Positions 16,198 through 26,224 of a DNA stretch of 36,987 bases are shown here, in pieces. The DNA is from Candidatus Jorgensenbacteria bacterium RIFCSPHIGHO2_02_FULL_45_20 (GTDB lineage: Bacteria > Patescibacteriota > Minisyncoccia > UBA6257 > GWB1-50-10): the NCBI GenBank assembly GCA_001779535.1, contig MFKJ01000010.1:1-36987 (forward strand), written 5' to 3'. The notes under the pieces are model-generated. The model had not been told where the DNA came from and did not search any database. It saw only the letters and a list, made by a program, of their open reading frames with translations. A program made the translations under genes and the position numbers. The stretch's first letter is position 1, and the number at the start of each line of letters is the position of its first letter.

Positions 16198-18294
16198 CTA
16201 TCTTTTCCCGAGCGTAAGATAAATCATCTCACGCGCCGCCGCGCCGCTGGTTTCGTAATTGAAAAACGGACTGCGCGACTCCTCCCAAATATACCCGAGC
16301 GGGGCGCTAATCGCCACTTTCAGTTTCGAAGACACGCCCGACTGCGACTCGAATATGAAAGTGAATACACGCCCTTTCGCAACCGCCGTTTTGTCTGATG
16401 GAGGCGTCTCAAACTTTATTGAAAACACCCTTTCCTTCCCGGCCTGAACATTAAACCAAGTGCCGAAAACCGACTTGCCAAACGCTTGAAATGCCCATGT
16501 CTGATAGGAACTCGAATATATTTTAGAGTCCTCTATTTTTTTAAGCTCCGGGTACGTTTCATACCCTTCGGCCTCGTAATCGAACTTCGATACTATGTTT
16601 TTCACGTCGTTCCCCTTGACGGACACAAGCGAAGAACCGGGAGCCGCGTATATCTGGATGAAATTTTTGTTCGTCTCCCTCCACCACGGGTCTTTTTCTT
16701 TATTTCCCGTATGCTTTCTGTTTACGGATAAATCCGTAAACACTCCCCCTTCCGAATCAACGTCCACGCGCGCGTCAACCGACTGTTCCATAAAAACATC
16801 CGTTTTCCCTCCCGCGATGTTCGCGTTTACGACCGCGAGATAACTCCCCCAAAAGCTGTTCGGCAAATCCAGTGTCTCGCCCGCGACGCCGGAAGAAACA
16901 AGCGAGCTCTGTATGTTATTGTCCTTCGCGTAAATCATTATATCCTTTTTTGCCACGTGCTCGAAAATGCTTTTCGCGAGCGCTTCGCGTTCAAGTTCGG
17001 AAACCGAGTTCATTTTTTCGAGCGCGAGCGGAGCAAGCGTTTTCAAAATCCGCTTGGGTTCGCCAGCTCTTTTGTCGGCTCCGGTTTCAACTTCCCTTTG
17101 TATTTCTTTCAAAAAATTCTTGTTGTCAATCGCAAGCTTGTAATCCTCAAGTTCAATCGGGCCCGTTGCCGAAAGAAAACTCTCAAAAACGTTTATATTC
17201 AACCCCACTGCCGCGTCAAATTTCACGTCTCTCTCCGAATACATCTTTGAATTTTCCAGGAAGAATAAAATCGCGCGCGCCGATGAAGGAAAATCGAAAA
17301 ACCAGTTCGCGTCCCTCGCCCCCCAGTCGGTACTCATTGTTTTTATCTCCTGCGGAGGGACTATTTTCAAATCGAGCTGCCCATCAGGGTCATATATATC
17401 GCGAACGTCCATTGATTTCATTTGTCCGTTTTGAACTATAATATCAGCATAGCTCCCGACAAATCCTCCACCGGGTCTTATCTCCGCCGTATTCTGAAAA
17501 AGTACGGCTATGTGCCTTTCTTCATTCGACCGCAATACGCCTAAAATACCGCCCAAAAAAATATCCGCTTTATTCAGTTCGCCGCTGTATTTCAGATATT
17601 CGCCGCTTATATTTTGTTCGTACTCGCTTAGAGAATCCGAAAATCCGCGCAGTGCCGCGAGATTGTTTCTTACGGATTCGAGTTTCGAACCGGCTCCGCT
17701 TATTTCCGAACGAATAGCGGAAATGTTTTGAATGAGAAGCGCTCCGTTGGTCTGAAAATTTTTCATCCCGTCAAGCGTAAGGGCTTCCAGTTCGGACGCG
17801 AGATTCATAACGCTTGAATTTAATTCAATGGCATCTTCTAAAATGTCCGCGGCGTTTCGAAATCGCGGAATAAAAAAACCGAAAATTTTAAGCGCTTCGC
17901 TTCCGTATGTCCTATCCATTATATTTTTCATATTCCTGAGTTCCTTGTCGTTTTCCGCCAAAAAAACTTCCGCATCGCCGAAACGCGTTTCCTTGAGCGC
18001 CTGAATCGATAAGGAAAAGTTGCCTGCTATGTTCAGAACCCCTCCCGCGAACGCTTTTTTGATTTCGCCCGCGCGCAAGAATGCCGCTCCTGCCCACAAA
18101 GCGATAAGTACGAGCGCTGAAACGACAATCCCGAACGCGATTTTTCCGACCGAAAAAAACTTGAACGCCGGAGCGCGCGGAACCTTGGACAGATTAACAG
18201 TTTCAATGCGCGAAATCCTGCCGTAATTGCCATCCGGTTTTTTCACATCAACCAAAACCGGCTGTATGTTTTTTCTTGGAACTCTCTTTTCCAT
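16198..18294 (-). CDS. DUF4012-like membrane-anchored protein (family assigned from memory)
   Basis: One N-terminal TM (FGIVVSALVLIALWAGAAF). Core motif FQNTAEIRPGGGFVGSYAD. ATG at 18294 with AGGA 5 nt upstream is preferred over the GTG at 18357, which overlaps the upstream gene. Confidence 0.7.
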   Translation of the reverse strand: MEKRVPRKNIQPVLVDVKKPDGNYGRISRIETVNLSKVPRAPAFKFFSVGKIAFGIVVSALVLIALWAGAAFLRAGEIKKAFAGGVLNIAGNFSLSIQALKETRFGDAEVFLAENDKELRNMKNIMDRTYGSEALKIFGFFIPRFRNAADILEDAIELNSSVMNLASELEALTLDGMKNFQTNGALLIQNISAIRSEISGAGSKLESVRNNLAALRGFSDSLSEYEQNISGEYLKYSGELNKADIFLGGILGVLRSNEERHIAVLFQNTAEIRPGGGFVGSYADIIVQNGQMKSMDVRDIYDPDGQLDLKIVPPQEIKTMSTDWGARDANWFFDFPSSARAILFFLENSKMYSERDVKFDAAVGLNINVFESFLSATGPIELEDYKLAIDNKNFLKEIQREVETGADKRAGEPKRILKTLAPLALEKMNSVSELEREALAKSIFEHVAKKDIMIYAKDNNIQSSLVSSGVAGETLDLPNSFWGSYLAVVNANIAGGKTDVFMEQSVDARVDVDSEGGVFTDLSVNRKHTGNKEKDPWWRETNKNFIQIYAAPGSSLVSVKGNDVKNIVSKFDYEAEGYETYPELKKIEDSKIYSSSYQTWAFQAFGKSVFGTWFNVQAGKERVFSIKFETPPSDKTAVAKGRVFTFIFESQSGVSSKLKVAISAPLGYIWEESRSPFFNYETSGAAAREMIYLTLGKR

Positions 18295-18305
18295 ATAATT
18301 CCTGT

Positions 18306-19460
18306 TTATACTTCTTCGTGTATTATTTTTGAAATTTTGTCGGCGGCCGTTTCCCACCTGAATCGCTCCGAGTTTTGTTTGCCTGCCTTGATGAGAGCCG
18401 ACATCCTCTTCGGACTGTCGGCGAGTCCCTCTATCGCGGAAACAAATCCGTCTTCATCCCGCGCGGGAATAAGCATGGCTGAGCCGCCAAGCGTCTCGCG
18501 GAACACTCCTATATCGGAGGCCGCGACCGGCGAGCCGCATGCCTCGCACTCAAGCGGAGGAAATCCGAAGCCCTCGTAAAAAGACGGGTAAAGCAAGAGG
18601 AAGGCCGAGTGATAAAGATTTCTCAAATCCTCAAAAGACGCAAACCCCCAAAATTTTATGTCGGAAGCGCGCTTTGAACGCGCGGCAAAATCGAATATGG
18701 GCTTTGATAGCCATCCGCGCGGTCCGACTATCACAAATTTAAAATCCCTGAAAAACTTTTTCTCCTTGAGCTTCTCGAAAATCCTTATTGCCCCGGCGAT
18801 GTTTTTTCTCGGTTCAATCGTTCCGACAAAGAGAAAAAACGGATTTTCAAGGCCATGCGCTTTTTTGAATTCAATCACATCTTCTTTACTGACGTCTTCG
18901 CGAAAAAACGGGTTTATTCCGGAATGCACGACGCTCACCTTGTTGGGAGATATCCCCCACAAGTCCGTAATGTCGGTTCTTGTCGAAGAAGACACTGTTA
19001 TTATTTTGTCCGCTCTCATCGCCTGTTTTCTCGGCTGGACATACCGGTGCCATAATCTTTTTCGCGGAGAAAAAAAATGCGGGAAACGCGCGAAAGACAA
19101 ATCATGAAACACGACTATATCTTTCATAGTCCGAACGCCTCGGAGCGGAAGAAAATGCGGGCGGAATAAAACGTCATATTTTTTGAAAATACCGGTCTTC
19201 GGAATGCCTATCGTCTCCGAAAAAAGTTCTATCGCCTTATTCGGTATACCCCAATCAACAACCTCACCGCCCTGCCCAGTTGCGCAGGCAGATTGAACTT
19301 CCTCCGGCACCGTTTTTTTTCTGAAAGAATTGAAAAAAACCGAATACTCATCGCTGTCGCCGGAACGCGTCGAAAGATACCTGAGAAGCATGCGGGTATA
19401 TTCCGGGATGCCGGATGTTGTTTTTCCTATTGCGGCCCTCCTATCGTAAAGAATCTTCAT
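18306..19460 (-). CDS. Glycosyltransferase, GT4 family
   Basis: 384 aa. C-terminal EGFGFPPLECEACGSPVAASDIG (E-x7-E type motif). Confidence 0.8.
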   Translation of the reverse strand: MKILYDRRAAIGKTTSGIPEYTRMLLRYLSTRSGDSDEYSVFFNSFRKKTVPEEVQSACATGQGGEVVDWGIPNKAIELFSETIGIPKTGIFKKYDVLFRPHFLPLRGVRTMKDIVVFHDLSFARFPHFFSPRKRLWHRYVQPRKQAMRADKIITVSSSTRTDITDLWGISPNKVSVVHSGINPFFREDVSKEDVIEFKKAHGLENPFFLFVGTIEPRKNIAGAIRIFEKLKEKKFFRDFKFVIVGPRGWLSKPIFDFAARSKRASDIKFWGFASFEDLRNLYHSAFLLLYPSFYEGFGFPPLECEACGSPVAASDIGVFRETLGGSAMLIPARDEDGFVSAIEGLADSPKRMSALIKAGKQNSERFRWETAADKISKIIHEEV

Positions 19461-19502
19461 TTTATACTATTATATACGACACAACTTTTCTCCGCGGGTA
19501 TT

Positions 19503-20612
19503 TCATACTTCGGCTCCCGCTTTACGCATCGCGGCGGTTAATTCTTTTCTGAACCTGTCTTCGGAAAATTTTTTCGCGTATTGCGCTATGTAATGCCTAT
19601 CGAATTTTTTGGATTCGAATTCTCTCACTGCCCCGATTATGGCTGATGGCGTCTGCTCCGAAAAAAGCAACCCTGTTTTTCCGTTTTCCACTATCTCACT
19701 TCCGCCTCCGGTCTGGAAAGCCAAAACGGGCAGTCCGCACATCTGCGCCTCGGCCGCGACGAGGCCGAAGTCCTCCACCTGCGGAAAAATAAGCGCCCTC
19801 GCGCCGGTGTAATATTTTCTTAGTTTGCTGTCGCTTACCCCCGAAATGAACCTTACAAACGCCGGATTGGCTATTTTTTTCAGCTTTTCTTCTTCCGGAC
19901 CTCTCCCTATAATCACAAGCTTTTTTCCCATCGCGCTAAAAGCGGAGATACCTACATCGAAACATTTGTAATATAACAAACGCCCGACCATTAGATAATA
20001 GTCGTCCTGTTTTTCGCGCGGCTCGAAATAAAAATCATCCTCCCGGACGGGGGGATAAACCACTTCAGCGTCCCGTCCGTAATACGCGCGTATTTTATCG
20101 GCAATAAAGCGCGAATTCGCTATGAATACATTGACGCGTCCGGCGGCTTTTTTATCCCACTTCCGGAGCCACCGCGCGACCATCCACGCCGCAGGGCGTA
20201 AAATTGTGTTCCCGAGAGGCGACGGCCGGAGCGGTAGATTTTTAAGATATTCTATTTCCCACGCGTACCTAAGGGGAGTGTGGCAATATGATATGTGGCA
20301 CGGCGCGTCAACCGGAATCCCCTTCGCGTATCCGGCGCTTGAAGAAACGACAAGGTCGTATTTTTCGCGGCTTCGCATAAGGCGGGTCGCGAGCGGAGCG
20401 AGCGGAATAAACGCCCTGTGTCTGTTTCGAATCCAGTTGCGGTCGAGAAAGCTCGTTTCTTTGACCATTCCCCTAAAAATCCCGCATGTTTTTTGTTCGT
20501 CGTAAAGCAGGGTGTAAACGTCCGCACCCGGAAAAATATCAAGAATGGATTTCAATACCCGCTCGGCGCCGCCAAGCTGGTTAAGATAATCATGAAGTAC
20601 CGCGACTCGCAT
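19503..20612 (-). CDS. Glycosyltransferase, GT4 family
   Basis: 369 aa. LNQLGGAERV at the N-terminus and EDFGLVAAEAQMCGLPVLAFQTGGGSEIV. Confidence 0.8.
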   Translation of the reverse strand: MRVAVLHDYLNQLGGAERVLKSILDIFPGADVYTLLYDEQKTCGIFRGMVKETSFLDRNWIRNRHRAFIPLAPLATRLMRSREKYDLVVSSSAGYAKGIPVDAPCHISYCHTPLRYAWEIEYLKNLPLRPSPLGNTILRPAAWMVARWLRKWDKKAAGRVNVFIANSRFIADKIRAYYGRDAEVVYPPVREDDFYFEPREKQDDYYLMVGRLLYYKCFDVGISAFSAMGKKLVIIGRGPEEEKLKKIANPAFVRFISGVSDSKLRKYYTGARALIFPQVEDFGLVAAEAQMCGLPVLAFQTGGGSEIVENGKTGLLFSEQTPSAIIGAVREFESKKFDRHYIAQYAKKFSEDRFRKELTAAMRKAGAEV

Positions 20613-20632
20613 AAATTGATTATAAACGAATT

Positions 20633-21235
20633 TTAAATCCCTGTCGGGTCGGTAAAAAGTATCGTGATAGTTTTCCGGATTATTTTCGCGTCAGTTTTGA
20701 AATTGACGCGCTTAAGATAATCAAAATCGAGCTCCAATTCCTTCAAAAACGGCAGAGCCGATGCGCCGCTCACTTGCGACAGTCCCGTTATCCCCGCTTT
20801 CGCGTCCGCTATTTTTTTAAACTCCGGCGGATATTTCTCCACCTCTTCCGGCTCATGCGGCCTGGGGCCTACAAGCGCCATGTCGCCCGCTAACACATTC
20901 AAAAACTGCGGAAACTCATCAAGACGGAATTTACGGAGAATTTTTCCTGTTTTTGTAACCCGCGGGTCGCGTTTCATCTTGAAAAGCGGTCCATCCGCGC
21001 GCTCGTTCATACCCATAAGGTGCCTTTTCTTTGAGTGCGCCCCGCGCTCCATCGTCCTGAACTTCCATACGCGTATCGTTTTTCCGCCGCTTAATCTTTC
21101 CAAACGCACGAATACCGGAAACCCGTCCTCAATCGCGATAAAAAAGGCGGCGAATGGAAGTAAAATAAAAACAGCGAGCGCTCCGAGCGCTCCTCCAAGC
21201 AGGTCAATTAATCTTTTCCACGCGGAGTAATTCAT
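20633..21235 (-). CDS. Polyprenyl-phosphate sugar-phosphate transferase (bacterial sugar transferase family)
   Basis: 200 aa. N-terminal TM, then KFRTM, DEFPQFLNVLAGDMALVGPRP. Confidence 0.85.
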   Translation of the reverse strand: MNYSAWKRLIDLLGGALGALAVFILLPFAAFFIAIEDGFPVFVRLERLSGGKTIRVWKFRTMERGAHSKKRHLMGMNERADGPLFKMKRDPRVTKTGKILRKFRLDEFPQFLNVLAGDMALVGPRPHEPEEVEKYPPEFKKIADAKAGITGLSQVSGASALPFLKELELDFDYLKRVNFKTDAKIIRKTITILFTDPTGI

Positions 21236-21244
21236 CGCGTTTCG

Positions 21245-23683
21245 TCAACCGTTTTCTTTTCCGGCAAGACGGAGAATTGTTTTTATAACCGAATCGGGAC
21301 TCAAAGATATGCTCATAATACCCTCTTGAACCAAAAATTCCGCGAACTCAAAATAGTCCGACGGGGCCTGCCCGCATATTCCGATGTATTTCTTTTTTCT
21401 TTTGCATTTTTTCACGGCTTCGGCGATGAGTTTTTTCACGGCATCATTTCTCTCGTCGGCTATTCCCGCGACAAGCGCGGAATCGCGGTCTATCCCGAGC
21501 GTAAGCTGGGCAAGGTCGTTCGACCCGATGGACATTCCGTCAAAAATTTTTAAAAACTCGTCCGCGAGCAAAACATTCGAAGGTATTTCGCACATAACGT
21601 AAACCTTGAGCGTCTTGTCGCTTTTCCTTGAAAGTCCGTACTCCTCCATAACCTCCAAAACTTTCCGCCCTTCTTCCGGAGTCCTGCAAAACGGAACCAT
21701 AGGTATGACGTTTTTCATGCCGATTTCGGAACGGACTTTTCGGAATGCTTCGCACTCAAGAGAAAACGCTTCTTTGAATTTCGGGTCGTAATACCGCGAA
21801 GCGCCGCGCCATCCGAGCATCGGATTTTCCTCTTCCGGTTCATAAAGTTCCCCTCCTATAAGCTGTCTGTATTCGTTCGTTTTGAAATCCGACAGGCGTA
21901 TTATCGCGTCATTCGGCGAGAAAGCGGCGGCTATTTTCGCTATTCCTTCCGCGAGCTTATCGGAATAGAATTTCTTTTTGTCCTCATATCCGCGCGTTTC
22001 GGCGTCAATCGCGCCTATTATTTTCAAAATCCGGTTTTTTTCTCTCTTGTCTTTCAGATGAGCCGCCCCGTGCTTCAATTCTTTATATTTGATAAGTGCG
22101 TTCGGGTGGATTTTTATATGAGACGCTATTATGAATTCCAGGCGTCCGAGTCCGACTCCGGAAACCGGAAGATTGTGATAGCCAAATGCTTCGTCCGGTG
22201 AACCGATATTCGCCATAATCTTCGTTTTCGTTTCCGGAATTTTATCAAGTTTGTGCTCTTTCACGGAAAAATCCATCTCTCCTTCGTAAACGCGTCCCAC
22301 ATCCCCCTCTGCGCAACTCACTGTAACAAACATCCCGTTTTTCAATTCTCTTGTCGCGTTTTTCGTACCCACAATGCACGGCGTTCCAAGCTCCCGCGAC
22401 ACTATGGCCGCGTGCGACGTCCTGCCGCCATTGTCGGTTATGATAGCGGAGGCGATTTTCATAATCGGCTCAAGGTCGGGGTCCGTAATCGGAGCGACAA
22501 GCACTTCTCCTTTCTTGAATTCCGCTACTCCCCGCGCGTTTTTTACAATCCGTACCTTTCCAACGCCGATTTTCGAACCCACGGATATTCCCGCGAGAAT
22601 CATCTTTCCCTTTTCCTTTATTTCATATTCCGTATATGTGTTTTTATCGCGCGCGGCCGCGACTGTTTCCGGACGCGCCTGCACTATGAAAAGTTCGCCG
22701 GTGGTCCCGTCTTTCGCCCACTCGATATCCATCGGTTGAAAACACCCGCGCTCTTTGGAAAAATGTCTTTCTATTTTCATGCACCATTCTCCCAGTTTCA
22801 CCGCTTCTTCGTCCGTTATGGAAAATTTATCGCGCGCCGATTCCCCGACTTTTATTCTTTTCGTGCCGCCAAACGTCGAATATACGAGCTTTATGTCTTT
22901 TCGTCCGAGTTTTTTTGAAATCACGGGATTGAATCCGCCCTCAAGCGACGGCTTGAAAAGCACGAATTCGTCAGGGATGACTTCCCCCTGAACTATCATC
23001 TCCCCCAATCCGTAGATGCTGTTTATAACTATCACTTTTTCGAATCCGGATTCCGTGTCTATCGTGAAAGCGACACCGCTTGAGGCGATATCCGAGCGCA
23101 CCATTTTCTGCACGCCAACCGAAATAGCTACATCCGAGTTCGAAAATCCTTTATGCACTCTGTAAGAAATAGCCCTGTCCGTAAAAAGAGACGCCATGCA
23201 TCGTCTCACGGCTTCAACAACGTAAGAGGCCCCCGAAACATTCAAATATGTTTCTTGTTGTCCGGCGAAAGACGCTCCCGGCAGATCTTCGGCGGTCGCC
23301 GAAGACCTTACCGCGACACTTATGTTTTTGCCGTATTTTTCGCTCAAATTTTTATACGACGACTTTATTTCTTCCCTTATCTCGCGTGGCATTTTAGCGC
23401 GCATTATGAGCCGTCTGATTTCCTTCCCGCGTTTTTTCAGCTCGCCGATCTTGCGGGTATCGAGGCCTTTCAAAATTCCCTTGATGTTTTTATCCAGACC
23501 CGTCGTTTTCAGAATATGCCTGTACGCTTCCGCGGTTACGGCAAATCCGCCGGGAACGTTGATTCCTTCGGGTACGAGCCGCGAATACATCTCGCCAAGC
23601 GCCGCGTTTTTGCCGCCGACCACCGGCACATCTTTTATTCCTATTTCGTTGAAATCCAAAACAAACGGTTTTTCATTTTTCAT
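21245..23683 (-). CDS. ppsA: Phosphoenolpyruvate synthase (pyruvate, water dikinase)
   Basis: About 812 aa. GGKNAALGEM, phospho-His motif GGRTSHAAIVSRELGTPCIVG, C-terminal PEP-utilising domain. ATG at 23683 preferred over the TTG at 23713. Confidence 0.9.
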   Translation of the reverse strand: MKNEKPFVLDFNEIGIKDVPVVGGKNAALGEMYSRLVPEGINVPGGFAVTAEAYRHILKTTGLDKNIKGILKGLDTRKIGELKKRGKEIRRLIMRAKMPREIREEIKSSYKNLSEKYGKNISVAVRSSATAEDLPGASFAGQQETYLNVSGASYVVEAVRRCMASLFTDRAISYRVHKGFSNSDVAISVGVQKMVRSDIASSGVAFTIDTESGFEKVIVINSIYGLGEMIVQGEVIPDEFVLFKPSLEGGFNPVISKKLGRKDIKLVYSTFGGTKRIKVGESARDKFSITDEEAVKLGEWCMKIERHFSKERGCFQPMDIEWAKDGTTGELFIVQARPETVAAARDKNTYTEYEIKEKGKMILAGISVGSKIGVGKVRIVKNARGVAEFKKGEVLVAPITDPDLEPIMKIASAIITDNGGRTSHAAIVSRELGTPCIVGTKNATRELKNGMFVTVSCAEGDVGRVYEGEMDFSVKEHKLDKIPETKTKIMANIGSPDEAFGYHNLPVSGVGLGRLEFIIASHIKIHPNALIKYKELKHGAAHLKDKREKNRILKIIGAIDAETRGYEDKKKFYSDKLAEGIAKIAAAFSPNDAIIRLSDFKTNEYRQLIGGELYEPEEENPMLGWRGASRYYDPKFKEAFSLECEAFRKVRSEIGMKNVIPMVPFCRTPEEGRKVLEVMEEYGLSRKSDKTLKVYVMCEIPSNVLLADEFLKIFDGMSIGSNDLAQLTLGIDRDSALVAGIADERNDAVKKLIAEAVKKCKRKKKYIGICGQAPSDYFEFAEFLVQEGIMSISLSPDSVIKTILRLAGKENG

Positions 23684-23809
23684 GACTGTTTTTTCTCTGA
23701 TATGATGAACCAAAAAATATCAAAACGACTTTTTATAATTCTACACTATTTATCAAATCCCCGCGTGGTTGGTTGAGGAAACACAATTTTACGAGAAACG
23801 CCCGCGATA

Positions 23810-23829
23810 CCGCGCCGCTTGCGGCGCGG
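23810..23829 (-). terminator. GC hairpin immediately after the glycerate kinase stop codon
   Basis: CCGCGCCGC-tt-GCGGCGCGG is a perfect 9-bp inverted repeat abutting the TAA at 23830-23832. The U-tract is weak. Confidence 0.45.
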
Positions 23830-25125
23830 TTATTCATTAAAATGTGCGGCTAAGACGATGTCCGCCACATTCGAACCGGTCGGACCTGTCTCCAAAAAAT
23901 CGCCTGTTTTTTCAAAAAAACCGGAAGAGTTATTATCGTTCAAATAATCCCAAACATTCATGTTTAATTCAGCGGCGTGTTTTATAGATATTGCGTCGCA
24001 GATACCGCCCGCGAAACGGCCGTTGTCAATGCCATCGGAAGCAACGGCTATTATTATGTCCGAATCATCGGCAAAACGCATCGCCGAAAGAGCTATCTCC
24101 TGATTTCTGCCACCCCGGCCTTTTCCTTTTACGACAACCGTGCTCTCACCGCCGTACAAAAGAAATGTATCCGGTTTTTCGCTTTTAAGATTGTTCGCTA
24201 TTCCCGCGCCTATATGCCTTGCGTGTCCGGAAAATTTATCGGTCATTATTTTGGCTTCGTATCCGAGATTTTCCGCCGCTTCTTTCATCGCCGCGAGCAT
24301 AGCGGAGTTCGAAACAATGACAGTATTCGTTACATTCGTAAAAAACCTGTTTTCCTTCGGTGTCTCAATAAGCGCTTTTTCAATGAAAGGATACGTTTCT
24401 GAAACTCCATATTCTTCTATTACTCTTTTCGCGTCCGACATACTCGTGGAATCGAACGCCGTTGGTCCGGAAGCTATAAATTCTATGCTGTTGCCGGGCA
24501 CGTCTGAAAATATAAGAGAGACGACTTTCGCCGGAAAGGCGTATTTGGCGAGATATCCGCCTCTCGCGAGAGACAAATGTTTTCTCACGGTATTGACTTT
24601 TTCTATTGACGCGCCTTTTTTAAACATCATATCTATGACTTCCCGCTCCTCGACGCAAGTCATATTATCCGGCTGGCACAATAACGCGGAGCCACCGCCG
24701 GAAATAAAGGATATCACAAGGTCGTTTTCAGTCGTCTCCGAAAGAAGAGAAATAAGCCGCCTCGTCGCGGAAATATTGCGCTCCGAAGCGAATGGATGGT
24801 CGCCCGCGTACGTTTCTATATTCGGGTTCTCGAACTTGCCCTCGTAAATGTCAACGACAACCCCTTTATAGATGAGCTCGCCGAGAATTTTTTCGGCTTC
24901 AAGCGCGGCTCTTACGCCGCATTTACCGACACTCACGAGAAACACGCGCGAATTTTGATTGACGGTTATTTCACTGCCGGCTAAGACGATTTTTCTGTCG
25001 AATCGCTGCATGGCCTTACGCACGGCTGTTTCGGTCCTAATGGCATTAAATCCCTCCTCAATAATTTTGAGGGCGGTTTTTCTTCTCTCGTCTGCCGCAA
25101 GTTGTTCGAAATTTTTTATCCTCAT
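23830..25125 (-). CDS. Glycerate kinase / hydroxypyruvate reductase family (DUF4147 + MOFRL type)
   Basis: GKGRGGRNQEIALSA and LISGGGSALL. The ATG at 25125 forms an ATGA overlap with the upstream stop. Confidence 0.8.
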   Translation of the reverse strand: MRIKNFEQLAADERRKTALKIIEEGFNAIRTETAVRKAMQRFDRKIVLAGSEITVNQNSRVFLVSVGKCGVRAALEAEKILGELIYKGVVVDIYEGKFENPNIETYAGDHPFASERNISATRRLISLLSETTENDLVISFISGGGSALLCQPDNMTCVEEREVIDMMFKKGASIEKVNTVRKHLSLARGGYLAKYAFPAKVVSLIFSDVPGNSIEFIASGPTAFDSTSMSDAKRVIEEYGVSETYPFIEKALIETPKENRFFTNVTNTVIVSNSAMLAAMKEAAENLGYEAKIMTDKFSGHARHIGAGIANNLKSEKPDTFLLYGGESTVVVKGKGRGGRNQEIALSAMRFADDSDIIIAVASDGIDNGRFAGGICDAISIKHAAELNMNVWDYLNDNNSSGFFEKTGDFLETGPTGSNVADIVLAAHFNE

Positions 25126-25502
25126 TTTCCGGCAGTTTGAAATTCGCACCCCGCTTCTTTCGCCAGCATTTCCGCGGTTAGCTCACCGGTATGTCTTTTG
25201 CCGTCAGGGAAAATCCATGTCGGAATCACTTCCACGCCTTTTCCAACGCATAATTCAACGTTATCGGGACACTCGACATACGGCACGTACTTAAACGCGC
25301 CGTCAAACATTCTCTTTTGATTCTGGCAATGCGAACACCACTCGGCTCCGTACATAACGACGTTTTTATCCGCGAGGCACTTCGCGAGATTTTCAAGCTC
25401 CATAGACGCGCCTGATGTATTGATCCCCGGATAAACGATCGCGACCGCGAGAATAATAATCGCCGCCGTTATCGCCGACCATATAATTATTTTTTTGTTC
25501 AT
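25122..25502 (-). CDS. Membrane-anchored thioredoxin-fold protein (VKOR-partner-like Trx domain)
   Basis: N-terminal TM, MYGAEWCSHCQNQK (CxxC), ECPDN..C and PTWIF.DG. ATG at 25502 chosen. Confidence 0.7.
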   Translation of the reverse strand: MNKKIIIWSAITAAIIILAVAIVYPGINTSGASMELENLAKCLADKNVVMYGAEWCSHCQNQKRMFDGAFKYVPYVECPDNVELCVGKGVEVIPTWIFPDGKRHTGELTAEMLAKEAGCEFQTAGK

Positions 25503-25507
25503 GCGTG

Positions 25508-26035
25508 TTACTCCTTGCAACAATCAACTAATTTTTCGACTATGTCCTCCACAGTCCACGGCTTTTTCGCGCCGTTTTCTTCGGCGCCTTTCATGCCGCC
25601 GTTTGATTTATCCCCGGCTGAAACGTCAATCAATTTCAAACGGATGCCCCAAAACGCGGAATACAGATGATAGGCGTTTTGAAACATTTTCTCCGCCTCT
25701 TCTTTTTTATTTTCGGACAAGAGTTTCGTGCCGACCTCCATAATTCTCATCGCGGCGGCGAGCAGGTGTTTGGATATGCACCACGACTCACCTTCATTTA
25801 TAGGAATCATTTTCCCCAAAAGCTCTTTGCGAATCCCTCGCGCCTCGTTCAAAATGTCGAGGTACTTGCTATCTTTGGTTTTGGACGCAGTAAAAAATAA
25901 ATGTTCCTCTATGCTCACAAGATTCATAACCGCGATACTCAAATCCTCTTCCATGGATAAATCAAAACTTCCGCTTTTTCTAAGTTCTTCGGCTTTTTTC
26001 AACATCTCTTCAAATTTCTTTTTTTCTATTTCCAT
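25508..26035 (-). CDS. Hypothetical helical cytoplasmic protein (175 aa), ends in CC-K-E
   Basis: Uninterrupted ORF in the operon direction with an ATG start, 5 nt from the downstream Trx-like gene. No recognisable motif. Confidence 0.6.
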   Translation of the reverse strand: MEIEKKKFEEMLKKAEELRKSGSFDLSMEEDLSIAVMNLVSIEEHLFFTASKTKDSKYLDILNEARGIRKELLGKMIPINEGESWCISKHLLAAAMRIMEVGTKLLSENKKEEAEKMFQNAYHLYSAFWGIRLKLIDVSAGDKSNGGMKGAEENGAKKPWTVEDIVEKLVDCCKE

Positions 26036-26115
26036 AAATATTATTTTACCATCATTATATACAAATTTATAATCCCCGCATTACACCTGATTACGCATAT
26101 ATGAATTGCTCTCAA

Positions 26116-26197
26116 GCTCTAAATCCTAATATCTAATCCGCCTGACCGGCGGACTAAACAAATCTTAATGTTCAAATTCCAAAATTCAAAACCCGTC
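26116..26197. repeat. Inverted-orientation copy of the GGTTTTGAATTTTGGAATTTGAACATT...TTAGATATTAGG module, carrying the TCCGCC-N5-GGCGGA palindrome
   Basis: The reverse complement aligns with 30940-30980 plus 31012-31060. Confidence 0.75.
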
Positions 26198-26224
26198 TTT
26201 TTCTGTGGTTTTATCTCATTTTGA

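Noticed and set aside
16078-16398. ORFs beginning inside repeat spacers (16078-16398, 26205-26504, 28969-29280, 31072-31671)
   Set aside because: They start within heptad repeat modules, run antisense into well-supported minus-strand genes, and lack start-site signals.
18295-18357. Longer GTG start for the DUF4012 gene, overlapping the GT4 gene by 52 nt
   Set aside because: An ATG at 18294, preceded by AGGA and lying 11 nt after the GT4 stop, is a better start. The extra 21 residues are basic low-complexity sequence.
22253-23776. Two + strand ORFs of 221 and 207 aa
   Set aside because: Both lie antisense to ppsA, whose product has full-length homology motifs. Shadow ORFs.
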